Assembly: GCA_051294905.1 (NCBI GenBank)
Contig: CM119385.1
Span: 12,772,001 to 12,836,000 of the forward strand
Length of the DNA stretch: 64,000 nucleotides
Direction of reading: 5' to 3'
Origin: Botryllus schlosseri
Taxonomy: Eukaryota
Shown here: piece after piece, positions 1-12,400 of the stretch
Numbering within the stretch: the first letter of the stretch is position 1
Layout of the letters: every line of letters starts with the position of its first letter
Position numbers and translations under genes: made by a program
Notes under the pieces: generated by a model
Told to the model about the DNA's origin: nothing
Database searches by the model: none
The model's input: only the letters and a program-made list of their open reading frames with translations

Positions 1-514
1 AATTCAGAAAGAATTATGACATTATGATGCTCCTCTGAGAACTAAACTTCACTAGCAATAATTGTCCGTCAATTTGTAATTTTCCTGGACGGGTTTCCTG
101 TTTTGTGCTTCTACTTCTTCCAGAAATTTGATTTTCTTGCATTTTATCCATCAAATTCCTCTTTCTGCAGCTTCATATAAGATATCCATCAAGCCTGCAC
201 AAAATATATAATATGTTTATTTTACAGATCAATACTGCTGTGCACTTGTGCAGGCACCTATCAAGGCGTACTCGTCCGACTCATGCAACGTATCAGCGCT
301 ACCAATTTCAACTATTCATCTCATTATTGAATATATTGCTCTCAACAGTTTCAATCCATTACACACCATCAAGCAACAAAACTGGAGTGGGATAAAACGA
401 GACACACTCCAAGTCGATTGTGGCATCAAGTGTGACTGCATTTCAGATTAGACTCATTCTGAAACACAGAATTGTTTCATCTCAATTATGTCACGATTCC
501 ATATTTTTGGTTCA

Positions 515-706
515 ATAATAGATAAGTCATTTTATTAATAAAATGAGAATTCAGATGACTACAAGGAAGTCCACATGCCTTTATCCAGATTTTACATTCT
601 TCCATGCATGTTATTGGCTCTGGGAAAGGTACAAGCGCACACCAGGAACGGTCTGGGTAGCCATCTCCAAGTTACACAGGCTATTAGCGCAGTGGTTATC
701 CGGCAT
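515..706 (-). pseudogene. Frameshifted THAP zinc-finger N-terminus of a DNA-transposon gene
   Basis: Minus-strand translation MPDNHCANSLCN / frameshift / GDGYPDRSWCALVPFPEPITCMEECKIWIKACGLPCSHLN shows the C-x4-C, PFP, W and ACG motifs of transposon THAP domains; the frameshift falls near 669. Confidence 0.6.
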
Positions 707-1761
707 TTGTCCTGATTGATTCAATACATGAGCTAGAACAAAAAATGACGATTTTAGCTGGAAACGGATAATGTTGCCTAACATATATCATATTAATATG
801 ATCATTGAATATGCAGACAAGTGTCCAGTGTAACAGTAACTTGCTAGATAATGATGCAGACTGTAGACTGTACTATACGAATTCAGAAATAGAACACTTA
901 TAACGCCAAGCCCACATAATGAATACCCCACATATCCTGACTCAAGACTAATCTAATAATGCTTTCGGTACGACAATCCCATTGTGTACGACTGAGGCTA
1001 ATACAGCAATAGTTGCTTCATCCGAAAAGTTGTCAGAAATCCATTCATTTGCACATACCATGCTGATGAGTGCTTGTCACCATTCATGTTTATTGTAGGT
1101 TAGAACACTGCAAATACATACTAGCTCTACGTTATTACCATTCACCAAAGCCAGCTATTCCTAATTCAATGTGATTTTGCCAAAAACCTTCATTTTTCAA
1201 CCCTTTTCCATAAGCGCTCATAGTGAGATTGCCCGGCCTTGTTCTTTGTTTACATCCTGCTGCTACCCGATTGGTTCGTGTCAAAGGTCACGTAAGTGTC
1301 TATTTGATGCGGTCTACCTAGGGGGGCGGCATTTTCAAGAGAGCCAGGGGCGGCAGCACATGCTGCTACGCCAGTGCTCCCACATACTAAGATATGCCAC
1401 CAATTTTCATCTTTTTTCCATTTTATTTTATCTTCTGTTAGTTTTAGGCAATAGGTTCATCATGATCATTTTACATGTTGGATGGATTTAGGCCTACGTG
1501 TTCAAGGTCAAAGCGTGTTGTTCGACTGAATGACCGCTACAAATCATCTCGGCTCATTTCTACCGAAACATTTATCGCAATCTTGTGATTATTATGAAAT
1601 TATTACATAAAGTAAACCAAAAACGTCGTTGCGATGGCTTCGCCCACCTAGTTCGGCCAAGTCACGGTCGGATTACGCCTGGTCATGGAAACACGGCCGA
1701 CATGTACAACGCATGCGTCATGGCCTTTCGGCCGACCGTCGGCCGAGCATGGAAACGAAGT

Positions 1762-2740
1762 AATAGTGTCCTATGTGGTATGGACACAAGCAAATCTCAC
1801 GGCTCAATGAAATTGGTCTACGTCACACTTTCCATTTGGTCAAAGGCAATTTGACGGTAGTTTTTGACCGACTTGCCGAGGATTAAATTTGATAAAACGG
1901 GTATCAATCGAAAGCTACCGCGGTGCTGGTTGTGAAAATATAAATTATATTCTGAGATTTTGGAACCCCCACGCAGCCACGCCGTCTGAGCAGCTCAGGA
2001 ACAAGCGCGCACGAGAGCGAGAGAGCGAAGTGAATGCACAATCGGTTGCGCAATAATGGCCAATACGCTTGCAGTTTACTCTGCTCCTCACCTGCTCCCA
2101 GACGGCATGGTTGCGTCACAATACCAAACTCCGTTACAATGCAACATTCGAAGCTGATTTTGGGGGGTTCCAGGGCCACGAGCAGAATAGAATTTATATT
2201 ATCGCAATCAGTACCGCGGTAGCTTTCGATTGATACCCGTTTAATCAATTTTAATGCTCGACAAGCCGGTCAAAAATTACCGTCAAACTAGAGACCAATT
2301 TCACTGAGCCGTGAGATTTGCTTGTGTACTACTGTACACTGTGATTATAGAGATTGTAGGATTGGATTTAGGATTGGCATTGGGACGCAACAATGCTGTC
2401 TGGCGAAACGAGAGACGCAACAATGCTGTCTGGGTCCTTTTTTCTTGAGCTATTCTCTCGTTTCGCTAGACAGCATTGTTGCGTCCCAATGCCAATTTCC
2501 ATAACAATGGAAAATTAGAGGCTGATTGTGGGGGTTCCAGGGCCGTGACCGGAATAAAATTTATATTTTCGTAATCAGTGCAGAGTCAGCTTTCGATTGA
2601 TACCCGTTTCACCAAATTTAATGCTCGGCAAGCCGGTCAAAAATGACCGTCAAATTGCCTGTAGCCAAATGGAAATTGTGACGTGATACAATTTCACTGA
2701 GCGGTGAGATTTGCTTGTGTCGACACCATATAGGACACTA
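1762..2740. mobile_element. Foldback-type MITE with ~210-bp inverted arms plus an extra internal arm copy
   Basis: 1762-1970 is the reverse complement of ~2530-2740 (e.g. GACACAAGCAAATCTCAC / GTGAGATTTGCTTGTGTC); a third, partly deleted arm lies at ~2160-2330. No TSD was identified. Confidence 0.7.
2373..2496. repeat. 124-bp hairpin with 43-bp near-perfect arms (mini-MITE) nested in the foldback
   Basis: 2373-2415 ATTGGCATTGGGACGCAACAATGCTGTCTGGCGAAACGAGAGA matches the reverse complement of 2454-2496 with 1 mismatch. Confidence 0.8.
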
Positions 2741-2962
2741 TGCTGTGATCAATCAACTCACGGTGCAATCCCTAATAAATATTTGAAGGCGTTCGATAAG
2801 CCCGGTACCCCAAATTTACCAATATTACAATTCATTAGGGCTGAGTAGGTGATGAAATAGCGTCGTTGTGTTCATTTTATCTCGATATTAAATTCATGCG
2901 GACTGCGGCATCTGCGAAATTTGAAAAGTGGCCGCGACCCGTTTTGAGTTGGCGACCCCTGG

Positions 2963-3060
2963 CATAAGCGGTGTCTTACAAAAGCCTACAAGTGTGCCGT
3001 GCTACAAGTCAGTGGTTACGGTCTGGTGTAAATGACCATTGTAGTCCACAAACACCATGA
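2963..3060 (+). mobile_element. 3' part of the tRNA-derived SINE family
   Basis: Shares GGTGTCTTACAAAAGCC...GTGCTACAAGTC...GGTGTAAATGACCATTG with the fuller copies at 20944, 34261 and 37827. Confidence 0.6.
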
Positions 3061-3199
3061 TTACCTAAAACGATATTGGGGTTGAGTACATCGTAAATGC
3101 CGATAATGCAATTCTTCCCGCTTCGGCGAACTTACCCGCAAGCTCCACTCGCACGCTGCGTATACAGATAACATACAGTAACTAAAATTTGACGTAGTA

Positions 3200-3334
3200 A
3201 GCAAGTAGCGGGGTATCTCGGCAGACTGTAGTCGCGGGCCACACTATCATATAAGACGGAAACCTGTCCGCGGGCCGGACAAAATCCCTTCGCGGGCCGG
3301 ATCCGGCCCGCGGGCCGTATGTTGCCCGCCCCTG
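3200..3334 (-). mobile_element. hAT (Charlie/Buster-like) terminal fragment
   Basis: The minus strand starts CAGGGGCGGGCAACATACGGCCCGCGGGCCGGATCCGGCCCGCG, with repeated GGCCCGCG subterminal motifs. Confidence 0.5.
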
Positions 3335-3459
3335 CTATAGGCGATGGCATAAACAACTAGCGATAAAGATGAATGATGCACGTGTCGATAGGTAGCGTAG
3401 GTTTGATATGTCAGATCGGGGTCCGGTAATCTTGAAAGCCGACTAGTATTCATTCACTA

Positions 3460-3790
3460 GAAATTGCTTGTCGACTTGAATGTGGACACGGGACAGGACA
3501 TGCTCGACGACTGTCAGATAACAGGCGAGATGCTGTTCGTCGAGGACGCTCCTGGTGTTGTACTTATGCGCTCTAGATTACGAGGTGAAGTAGTCGTTGG
3601 AATTTGTGGGACATTGACCGCAATGGAACTGATACATAAACCTGGCAATTTCTACGACTAAGCAGGTTAAATTGATCAAAGACTACAAAGATATTTCCTT
3701 TCTTCAAGTTTAAATTAATGTCCCCGACTGTGTTTGTGATCGACTCACTAAATTCAGATTTATTTGAGCTGCCGATCAAAACAGCTTTTT
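3460..3790 (-). mobile_element. Degenerate 3' end of a CR1/L2-like LINE ORF2
   Basis: Minus translation ...EIARFMYQFHCGQCPTNSNDYFTS*SRAHKYNTR matches the FMY...YF...H.YNTR C-terminal motif; homologous to 14460-14800. Confidence 0.65.
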
Positions 3791-4184
3791 ACGATGAGGT
3801 ATTACAAATAGTGTCTCTAAAATGATGACAATTCATGTTGGTGTGATTCGTGAGGCAAAACTCGAATCGGACGCTAGCAGGGATGATTCGAATCGATTTA
3901 CAAGCAGTGATTCGAAATGCGCGGCGCTTAGCAATGGTTTGAAATTATTTGCTTCGAGCTACAGGTGCTGCGGATTTTATCAGTTCACAGTTCACACGCT
4001 CTGTTAGCTTATCTGACTCCTGCATCATTCGATCAGCGTTACCGTCAACTATTTTCAGCATGACCGAGCAAAAAAATCCTTCATTTTCCCATCAAGGGAT
4101 CGTTTCCAGTCATTTGAATCGGATTCGTGACGTAAATCAGGCCCTAGCATTAGCCGACTCTAGCGTAAGTTGATTACACTCGTG

Positions 4185-4222
4185 GTCACGTGATTTGCCT
4201 GGAACAACATACATTGACGTCA
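4185..4222 (+). promoter_or_regulatory. Candidate PRKAR1 promoter: E-box GTCACGTGAT (4185-4194) and full CRE TGACGTCA (4215-4222)
   Basis: Motifs read directly. They are followed by a plausible non-coding exon ending at the donor AAAG|GTTTGG (~4319) that could splice to the acceptor at 6374, upstream of the ATG. Confidence 0.45.
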
Positions 4223-5074
4223 GAGCGTTTCGCTATTGGTGGAATTGCCGTTATTTCGTTTTACCTCCCGACTCAATGCTGATCAGATTCCTGGGAATGC
4301 AGAGGCAGATCAGTCAAAGGTTTGGTTTGAACGTTAGGCCACATTGAATTGCAGTATTTCGCAGCAGCTTTTATGTTGTTAGCTATACTGAAAATAGCTT
4401 GAGATCCGTGATTGTGGCACTCCTTCACTCATGCATGTTCTTTTGTATGTGTTCATTTTTGAACGTTGCGTGATACGCTCTATATTTATAGTAAACAAGA
4501 TCTTAATGTTGCAAATAATTGTTGTTTGTGCATTCTTTGCACTTACAGTGTAAATGCCCTCAGGCCATAATGTAAGGAAGTATACGTGCGGGTTACTTGA
4601 GTCTTTGTCGATGCCACTTGATTTGTTGTCTTTACCGTTTTTGCTTATATTGTAGCGTAGGAAACTACGATTTTGTCTATGTATGGCTGATTGGCTGGGC
4701 TATTTACGGGTATTGACTATAAAGACTGATTATGATCGTAGTTTGGAAAAAAATGTCCAAGTTAGCATTGTGTGTGATGATATTGTATTACCCGTCAGAA
4801 AGTAGAAAATGCTAATAAATTTTATTGTGGTTCAGCTGGACTTGGTTCAATCAAAACATCCCCAGCGACCAGCGCATGAAAGAAAGGAATCTAGTTTATC
4901 TTTGCGAACCTTGATTGACCATTTGACTTCTATAGGGGATAGACGTGAGTGAGTGGCATATGTGCCATCATTATTGAAGTGGAAGTTATTTTCAATATTA
5001 TAGAGTCGTTTGCGCTACGACCTGGTGGACGTGGGCATCTATCACATCAGTCAATATGCCTGATGCATCTTGAG

Positions 5075-5824
5075 CAGGGGTTCCAACCTTTTTGTCTTCG
5101 CTAACCCCTTTTGGGGCGCGTACCCAAATGTTTTAGTTAGAATTTAGCTCCATTATCGTGCAACCGTCATTTGTTGTCCTGTGCAAATATCAACTGTAGG
5201 CTAATGATAACTGAACAGCAACAAAATGACCATACTTGAAAATAACATGATAGCCTTGACTACTATTTGTGTAGAAATTGGTAAGACCTCTCTTTTTTCA
5301 AACCGAATTTTGTAACCAAATTTCTTGAAATAGCCTATGCGGTCATGTCTTGGAAATCCGCACTGTCAATTTAGTATGAACGAGTGCCAAAAATACATCT
5401 CAAAGTTATGTGGTGGCGAATGTAATAACAACGCGCGTACTTGTGGGTATGATTGCAACATACATGACACTTGAATTGAGAAACATATTTTTAGTGAACA
5501 TGAACGTCCAGCATAGTCATTTCCATTTTGTGGCTCATGTTGAAGTTATTCTGGAATAGCGGTTATGCGTATCACAGGAGAAAATGGATTTTTGCACCAA
5601 TTTTTTTCCAAAATTCTGACAAATCCCAACAAAACATATCTTAACAGCAATGCGTTTGTATCAGTAGGCCATTGGCAATTTGGAATATTTCATCTCAGAT
5701 GACCATTCTGTTTATATGATTTATGAAGATATAGCAGTTATGAAGCGAGACTGTCTGTACAAATTAGATTATCAACCACTTTGCAAATTTTGACGTTTCG
5801 CAGACCCCAGGTTGACAACCACTG
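5075..5824. mobile_element. hAT MITE (~750 bp)
   Basis: Termini CAGGGGTTCCAACC ... GGTTGACAACCACTG; degraded 8-bp TSD ATCTTGAG / ATCTAAAG. Confidence 0.65.
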
Positions 5825-6412
5825 ATCTAAAGGCTTATTCTGTTACACTTTGAACTTGTCATATTTTGTTGTTTTGAATGTTTTCGCATACATTTCTTGG
5901 TCTGAAAAAATTGCTCCTTATAGCTGCCTAGTACATTGGATGTTGGCCTGATTGGAATCTCCGTCCTTTTTTTGAAATAAATCCTGCGTGATAGAAGCTT
6001 TTTTCGCGTGACAGAGTCAACTTTGCGGCGTGACAAGCAAGGTTACTGACTTCAAATGACTGTGATCAGATGCTAATGGTTAGCAGCTGGTAAGGTGCAA
6101 GTACTTTACCAACAGACAGTAATCAACAGTTCCTGGCTTGAGGATTAGGTCAACACATTTTATACCACATACTAACTGGAATATAGCATTTGAGGTGGCT
6201 GAGAACATTGACTTTTTTTTTTCAATGAAATCAACAACCCGTGGCGGCGTGACCGCGTGCAACTGGCGACCAAGTCGGCGTGATCCTGCGTGCCTTGGAC
6301 ACCGATTCCATACTGGGATGTTGGCGGTTATTTATACATCATTATAATTATAGTTTTATTTCAATCCTATTCAGGGACATAGTTCTTACCTAGGCCTAAC
6401 ATAATCACAACT

Positions 6413-9400
6413 ATGTCTGGCTCTAATGATGATCATAGTTTGAAGGACTGCGAAGCATATGTTCAACTTCATGGAATTCAACAAATTCTGAAGGATTGTA
6501 TTGTACAGGTGATGTTTTACTTTAATTTTTTTAAAGCTCTGAAGCCTCTGATGTCATATAGGCTGTCGGTCGTCGGAATCGCTATCATTTTGCTTATGTA
6601 TAGGCATAGTAATGCTACCCTAACCTAATTCGAGATATACACCAACTGTATCATAAATTGGGCTGATCGTATTGATCTTTACATGGAATCACACATAGGT
6701 CAGTTGTCTCGCACTGGGAATTGACTCGTTTTGTACAGTTTATTGTTAATAACGTATTGAGATATCAGTCGGATTATAGGCCTAATGAAAAATTGAACAA
6801 ATATATATTAGTAAATTGTAGATACTGCTCATGAAGAACCTTTATATTAGCTCAGAAAAGCAAATAATTACTACAAAACATATTTATAGATCTTACAATA
6901 AGGTAAGGTAAATTTGTATTGCCATATTCACCAGATTACCAGAGAACCCGGCCCTTGGAGAACCCGGCCCTACCAACCCGGCCCTTGGAGAACCCGGCCC
7001 TCGGAGTATTCACCGGCAATCCTAATATCCCACCTCCGGCAACCCTAATATCCTCACCCTACCCCTAATATCCCACCCCCGGCAACCCTAATATCCCACC
7101 TCCACCAACCCTAATATCCCACCTTCGGCAACCCTAATATCCCACCTCCGGCAACCCTAATATCCCACCTCCCCCAACCCTAATATCCCGCTCCCCCAAC
7201 CCTAATATCCCACCCCCGGCAACCCTAATATCCCACCCCCGGCAACCCCAATATCCCACCCCCGGCAACCCTAATATCCCACCTCCGGCAACCCTAATAT
7301 CCTACCCTAACCCTAATATCCCACCTTCGGCAACCCTAATATCCCACCTCCGGCAACCCTAATATCCTACCCTAACCCTAATATCCCACCTCCGGCAACC
7401 CTAATATCCCACCTCCGGCAACCCTAATATCCCACCTCCACCAACCCTAATATCCCACCTCCGGCAACCCTAATATCCCACCTCCCCCAACCCTAATATC
7501 CCGCTCCCCCAACCCTAATATCCCACCTCCGGCAACCCTAATATCCCGCCCCCGGGAACCCTAATATCCCACCCCAGGCAACCCTAATATCCCGCCCCCG
7601 GGAACCCTAATATCCCACCCCAGGCAACCCTAAAATCCCACCCCCGGCAACCATAATATCCCACCTCCACCAACCCTAATATCCCACCTTCGGCAACCCT
7701 AATATCCCACCTCCGGCAACCCTAATATCCCACCTCCGGCAACCCTAATATGCCACCTCCCCCAACCCTAATATCCCGCTCCCCCAACCCTAATATCCCA
7801 CCTCCGGCAACCCTAATATCCCACCCCCGGGAACCCTAATATCCCACCCCAGGCAACCCTAATATCCCACCCCCGGCAACCCTAATATCCCACCTCCACC
7901 AACCCTAATATCCCACCTTCGGCAACCCTAATATCCCACCTCCGGCAACCCTAATATCCCACCTCCCCCAACCCTAATATCCCGCTCCCCCAACCCTAAT
8001 ATCCCACCCCCGGCAACCCTAATATCCCACCCCCGGCAACCCCAATATCCCACCCCCGGCAACCCTAATATCCCACCCCGGCAACCCTAATATCCCACCT
8101 CCGGCAACCCTAATATCCCACCCCGGCAACCCTAATATCCCACCTCCGGCAACCCTAATGTCCCACTCCCCGAACCCTAATGTCTCCTTTCCCAACTACT
8201 CTACCCAACCCTAACGCCCCACCTCAACCTACAGTTGCAATAACGAGCAGACCACGAGTGGTTGATATGTGAGCAATAACAATCGTTGGGATATATTTTT
8301 CATCTGAACATTCACACACAATGTACAATGCGATAAGACCCAATGCGATGTCATGAACAGATACGAGTATGTCGAACGTCGCACGTCCGCCCCGCGCCAA
8401 GTCAATTCAACACTGAGCCGACCACACAAGCGTGATCACGTGATCTGATCACTCCGTGACTGCGTGATCTACGCATGCCCTGACCTCCTTACAAGATTGA
8501 CAAATCAGTTGATAATAACATTATTACTTTATTAATTCATATTAATACTTGTGAATACACTTAATTTCAAAATTTCCCGAGGAATTCACCGAGGGCCGGG
8601 TTCTCCAAGGGCCGGGTTCTCCAAGGGCCGGGTTGGTAGGGCCGGGTTCTCCAAGGGCCGGGTTCTCCGGCAACCATTCACCAACGCCAAGTCATTCATT
8701 TCACTATAAGCTAACGATGCTGTAACAAACTAATTTTGATCTTGGGCTTCAGTGTTGTAGATATTCTGCCTGCTGCAATTACTGTTGCTCAACATAGATT
8801 GGTATTTCGTTAGTCATCATTCAGTTTAAGGAATTTTTGAATGTAGGCCCAAAGATGATTCAATTGATATGGTTGAGGAATTTACTCTTGGAGTTGCTGG
8901 ATCATTCAATTTTTTAAACATGACTTGGGTACAATTTCTCGAATTACCCGCTTTTCCATTGGCTGCTATGATCATTACTTTTAATATTACGGCTATTATG
9001 GCTATTACTGCAATTGCAGTTGTGACTCTGTTATTTCTTGTTATTGTAGCTTGGTGACTGAATTGCCATATAAACTTTATACATACATAACATAACATTG
9101 TTGGGTTATATTTTTCATCTGAACAGTCACACACAATGTACAATGCGATAAGATACAATGCGATGTAATGAACAGATAGGAGGATGTCGAACGACAAGCA
9201 TCAGTAGCGATCCTTTACTCTAACATCCACCTCGGCCTAGAGTGCCCGATGTCACAGTTCTTTTCGATGTTGATCTTCTTTGAAGCCGGGACCCTTTCTA
9301 CTAGTTCTTTCCATTCCTTGTGAGTGCTTTCTTTCGCCGGGTCTTTTACTGGACTTTTTTGTCGCCGTAAGAACGGCAACGGCGGGGGAAGAGGAGCCCA

Positions 9401-12400
9401 GATAGACCTTCGACGGGATTCGAACCCGTTTCGTCAGATTGGTGGGCGCTTATCGTAACCACTACACTATCTCCCCCGCCTACATACATACATACTCGTG
9501 AAAATGCAGTACGGTATATTAATGCTAGTATGGGATCTTGTTCTCTGTGTGCTGGAAGACAGAACTAAAGCATTGTCAATACGTACCAAAATTTGATTTA
9601 CGTTAGATCAGTGCTCTTCTACCGGTTTGCAATGTTCACCACGGCACTCACTAAAATAATATGCCTTGGATGTACCGATACGAAAAGGTATACAAGGGGG
9701 CACGACAAACTAGTCAACACTCAAGCAGCAGATTTACATCATGTTGGTAACATTCGCAAAGGTTCCGACTTTTTTTGAGCTTCCTAGATGTGTCGTGTCT
9801 TTGTGGAGGTGCTGACCTTTTCTCTGTAATCAGCTATCAGTTATATATATACAATATACGTACATGCTATCAAGTATACAGGGTGCATGAGTTTGTCACA
9901 ACGACTTGGTGGTTCACAGCAAAAAAGCTTGAAAGAGTACTGTGTTATATTATATGTATTATTTGACGTGCAGTTGTCTCATATATTTATATTATAAATT
10001 TCAGTTATGTATTCAAAAACCGGAAAGACCAATGCAGTTCCTGCGCGAGCATTTTGTTAAACTTGAGCAAGTGAGTCTCTTATGTATTTCAATCAACTGC
10101 ATTGTTGTTCATTGCATACCAGCCTACCTCATATATATATTGGATTGTTCCTTTTCATCACGGCCAAACACCTGACGACTCTGATCCATCAATCATAGTA
10201 TTTTCGATGTGATATTGTCATTCTTTTCGTATAGCTGGTTTAGCAAGAAATTTACCTACGCACATTTAACAGAAGTGGTCAGAAATCATTCGTTTGTTAC
10301 GTCAAGTGCAGACCATGCACCACAGTGACGTGCCTGTAAAGGAATATTGATCACATCGTGATGTTATCATGTTCATTCTACTTATCTTGCCCTTCGTAAA
10401 GATTTTGTCTTGTGAGCCATATTAATATTGATGAATTCTTATTTGATTTTGTGATACTTCGCAGTTTCATGGTGAACACTGGTTATCGTTTAATAAGTGA
10501 GAATTCTAGTTGTTGCAATGCGTTATCATCAATATTGACTTTAAGTATACTAGCCTAACTAATTTTGGTTGAATATTGAGTCTTGAGTGGCATTTCTAGA
10601 ATATTTAATATCACTCAATAAGGCATGGATGTACCACCTTAATGATTCACAAGATGATTTGGATTCACTCGATAGCTGTTCTTTCAAACTTATTACCTTC
10701 GGTGGTTTGTAGGAAGAGGCTACCAAGCTCGACGCGGCGAAGGACCAGGGTGAAGATACTCAGGAAGAAGAGGCTTCCGTCACTCCGCCGCAAAACGCTG
10801 GCCAGCCCCGCAATCGCCGTGGCGCTGTTAGCGCAGAAGTGTATTCGGAAAAAGATATTCAAAATTATGTTAAAAAGGTATGTTGCTACCTTGCTTGTTA
10901 TGGTATGTGTGAGTGACGAGTATTTTTGGCGGTAGGGTTAGCATGGTATATTTTTTAACACTCTCAAAAGTATGCGTAACTTCAAAATGTTTATACAAAC
11001 CCTAGGGCTTGACACAAAGGTTCAAGTACTCAAATCAGAATCGAGTATCAATTGTAACAATTCGAGTCGAGTAGAGATTTTTTTAGCTTGCAGTATTTGA
11101 TATGTGATCACATATCGCATATAAGCTGCATTTTTCAAATTCATTTATACTACGATGATGTCAAAATGAGTGGTGCGCAAATACTGGATCTTGCCCAGAC
11201 CTTACTAGCAGTTAGCACGAGTAGGTTCGCATTCTCACAGCACTTACGCTCAGGTCATTCCAAAAGATTACAAAACCACGTCGGCGCTCTCGAAGGCCAT
11301 AGAGCGAAACGTTCTATTTGCACATCTCGACGAGAACGAACGGTCTGACATTTTCGACGCCATGTTCCCGACTCAACACATCGAGGGCGAGGTCGTCATC
11401 AAACAGGGCGATGAAGGCGACAACTTCTACATCATCGACAGCGGAGAGGTTGATGTAAGTGAGCTGGGGTATTTTATGTTGCTTGGTGATTTTACATAGC
11501 ATTTTTTTTTTAAAGATTTTTGTGAACAATACTCACGTCTCGACTCTGGGAGAGGGAACGAGTTTCGGCGAGCTTGCGCTCATTTACGGAACGCCGAGAG
11601 CGGCCGACGTCCGCGCCAAGACCGTCTTGAAGCTGTGGGCCATTGACAGGGACAGTTACCGTAGAATTTTGATGGGGAGTCAGATCAAGAAGAGGAATAT
11701 GTATCAGGAGTTTCTCGGCAAGATTTCGATCCTCGGTAAGGTTTGATCGAGCCGCCGTTGTTTTTTTCGGTGCGTAATGAATTGTTTGGTGTAGGCACTG
11801 CACAGTATCTATTTTCTAATATACGTCTTTATTTGTTTGCTGTATTTGTGAAATGATCACGTGTTACAAGTTTAAAATTGTTACAAAAACTGTTGCATAG
11901 CGTACAGTAACCGTTTCATAGTCCTGACTGCTTACCGTTTATAAGGTGTGATTTTGAGTCGAATACTATGTGTTAGGAGACATATGCATTCTCAGGTATT
12001 TAGTGCAGACGCAATTATCTACAGCAATCTGTCTGAACAACCTGTAATTATTAAAGTGACATGTTCGAATTGGATGTTGTGTATCGCCGAGAAACCACCA
12101 CAACCACGAGATTTGTGTCGCGTTATTTTCACACACACCGGAAGCATAACATTAGTGATGATGTGGATTTGATTTGCAAATGTAGTGGGCGGTACACTTA
12201 CGCATCGTACGCATTGAAAACTTGTGAAATGGTTTTTGAAGGGTACTGAATGCTGTGATATTGTCGTATGGTAGGCCTATCTAAGTTGATGTCGAGTTGT
12301 TGTGGATCACAACCACTTATGATGAGCCTGCACATTGCACACCCATAATGTTGTCATTTAGATTCATTGGATGATTGGGAGCGTATGACAGTCGCCGATG

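Noticed and set aside
7013-8215. CRISPR array or true telomere
   Set aside because: The units are contiguous with no unique spacers, the context is eukaryotic, and the array is a 23-mer inside a TSD-bounded element rather than (TTAGGG)n.
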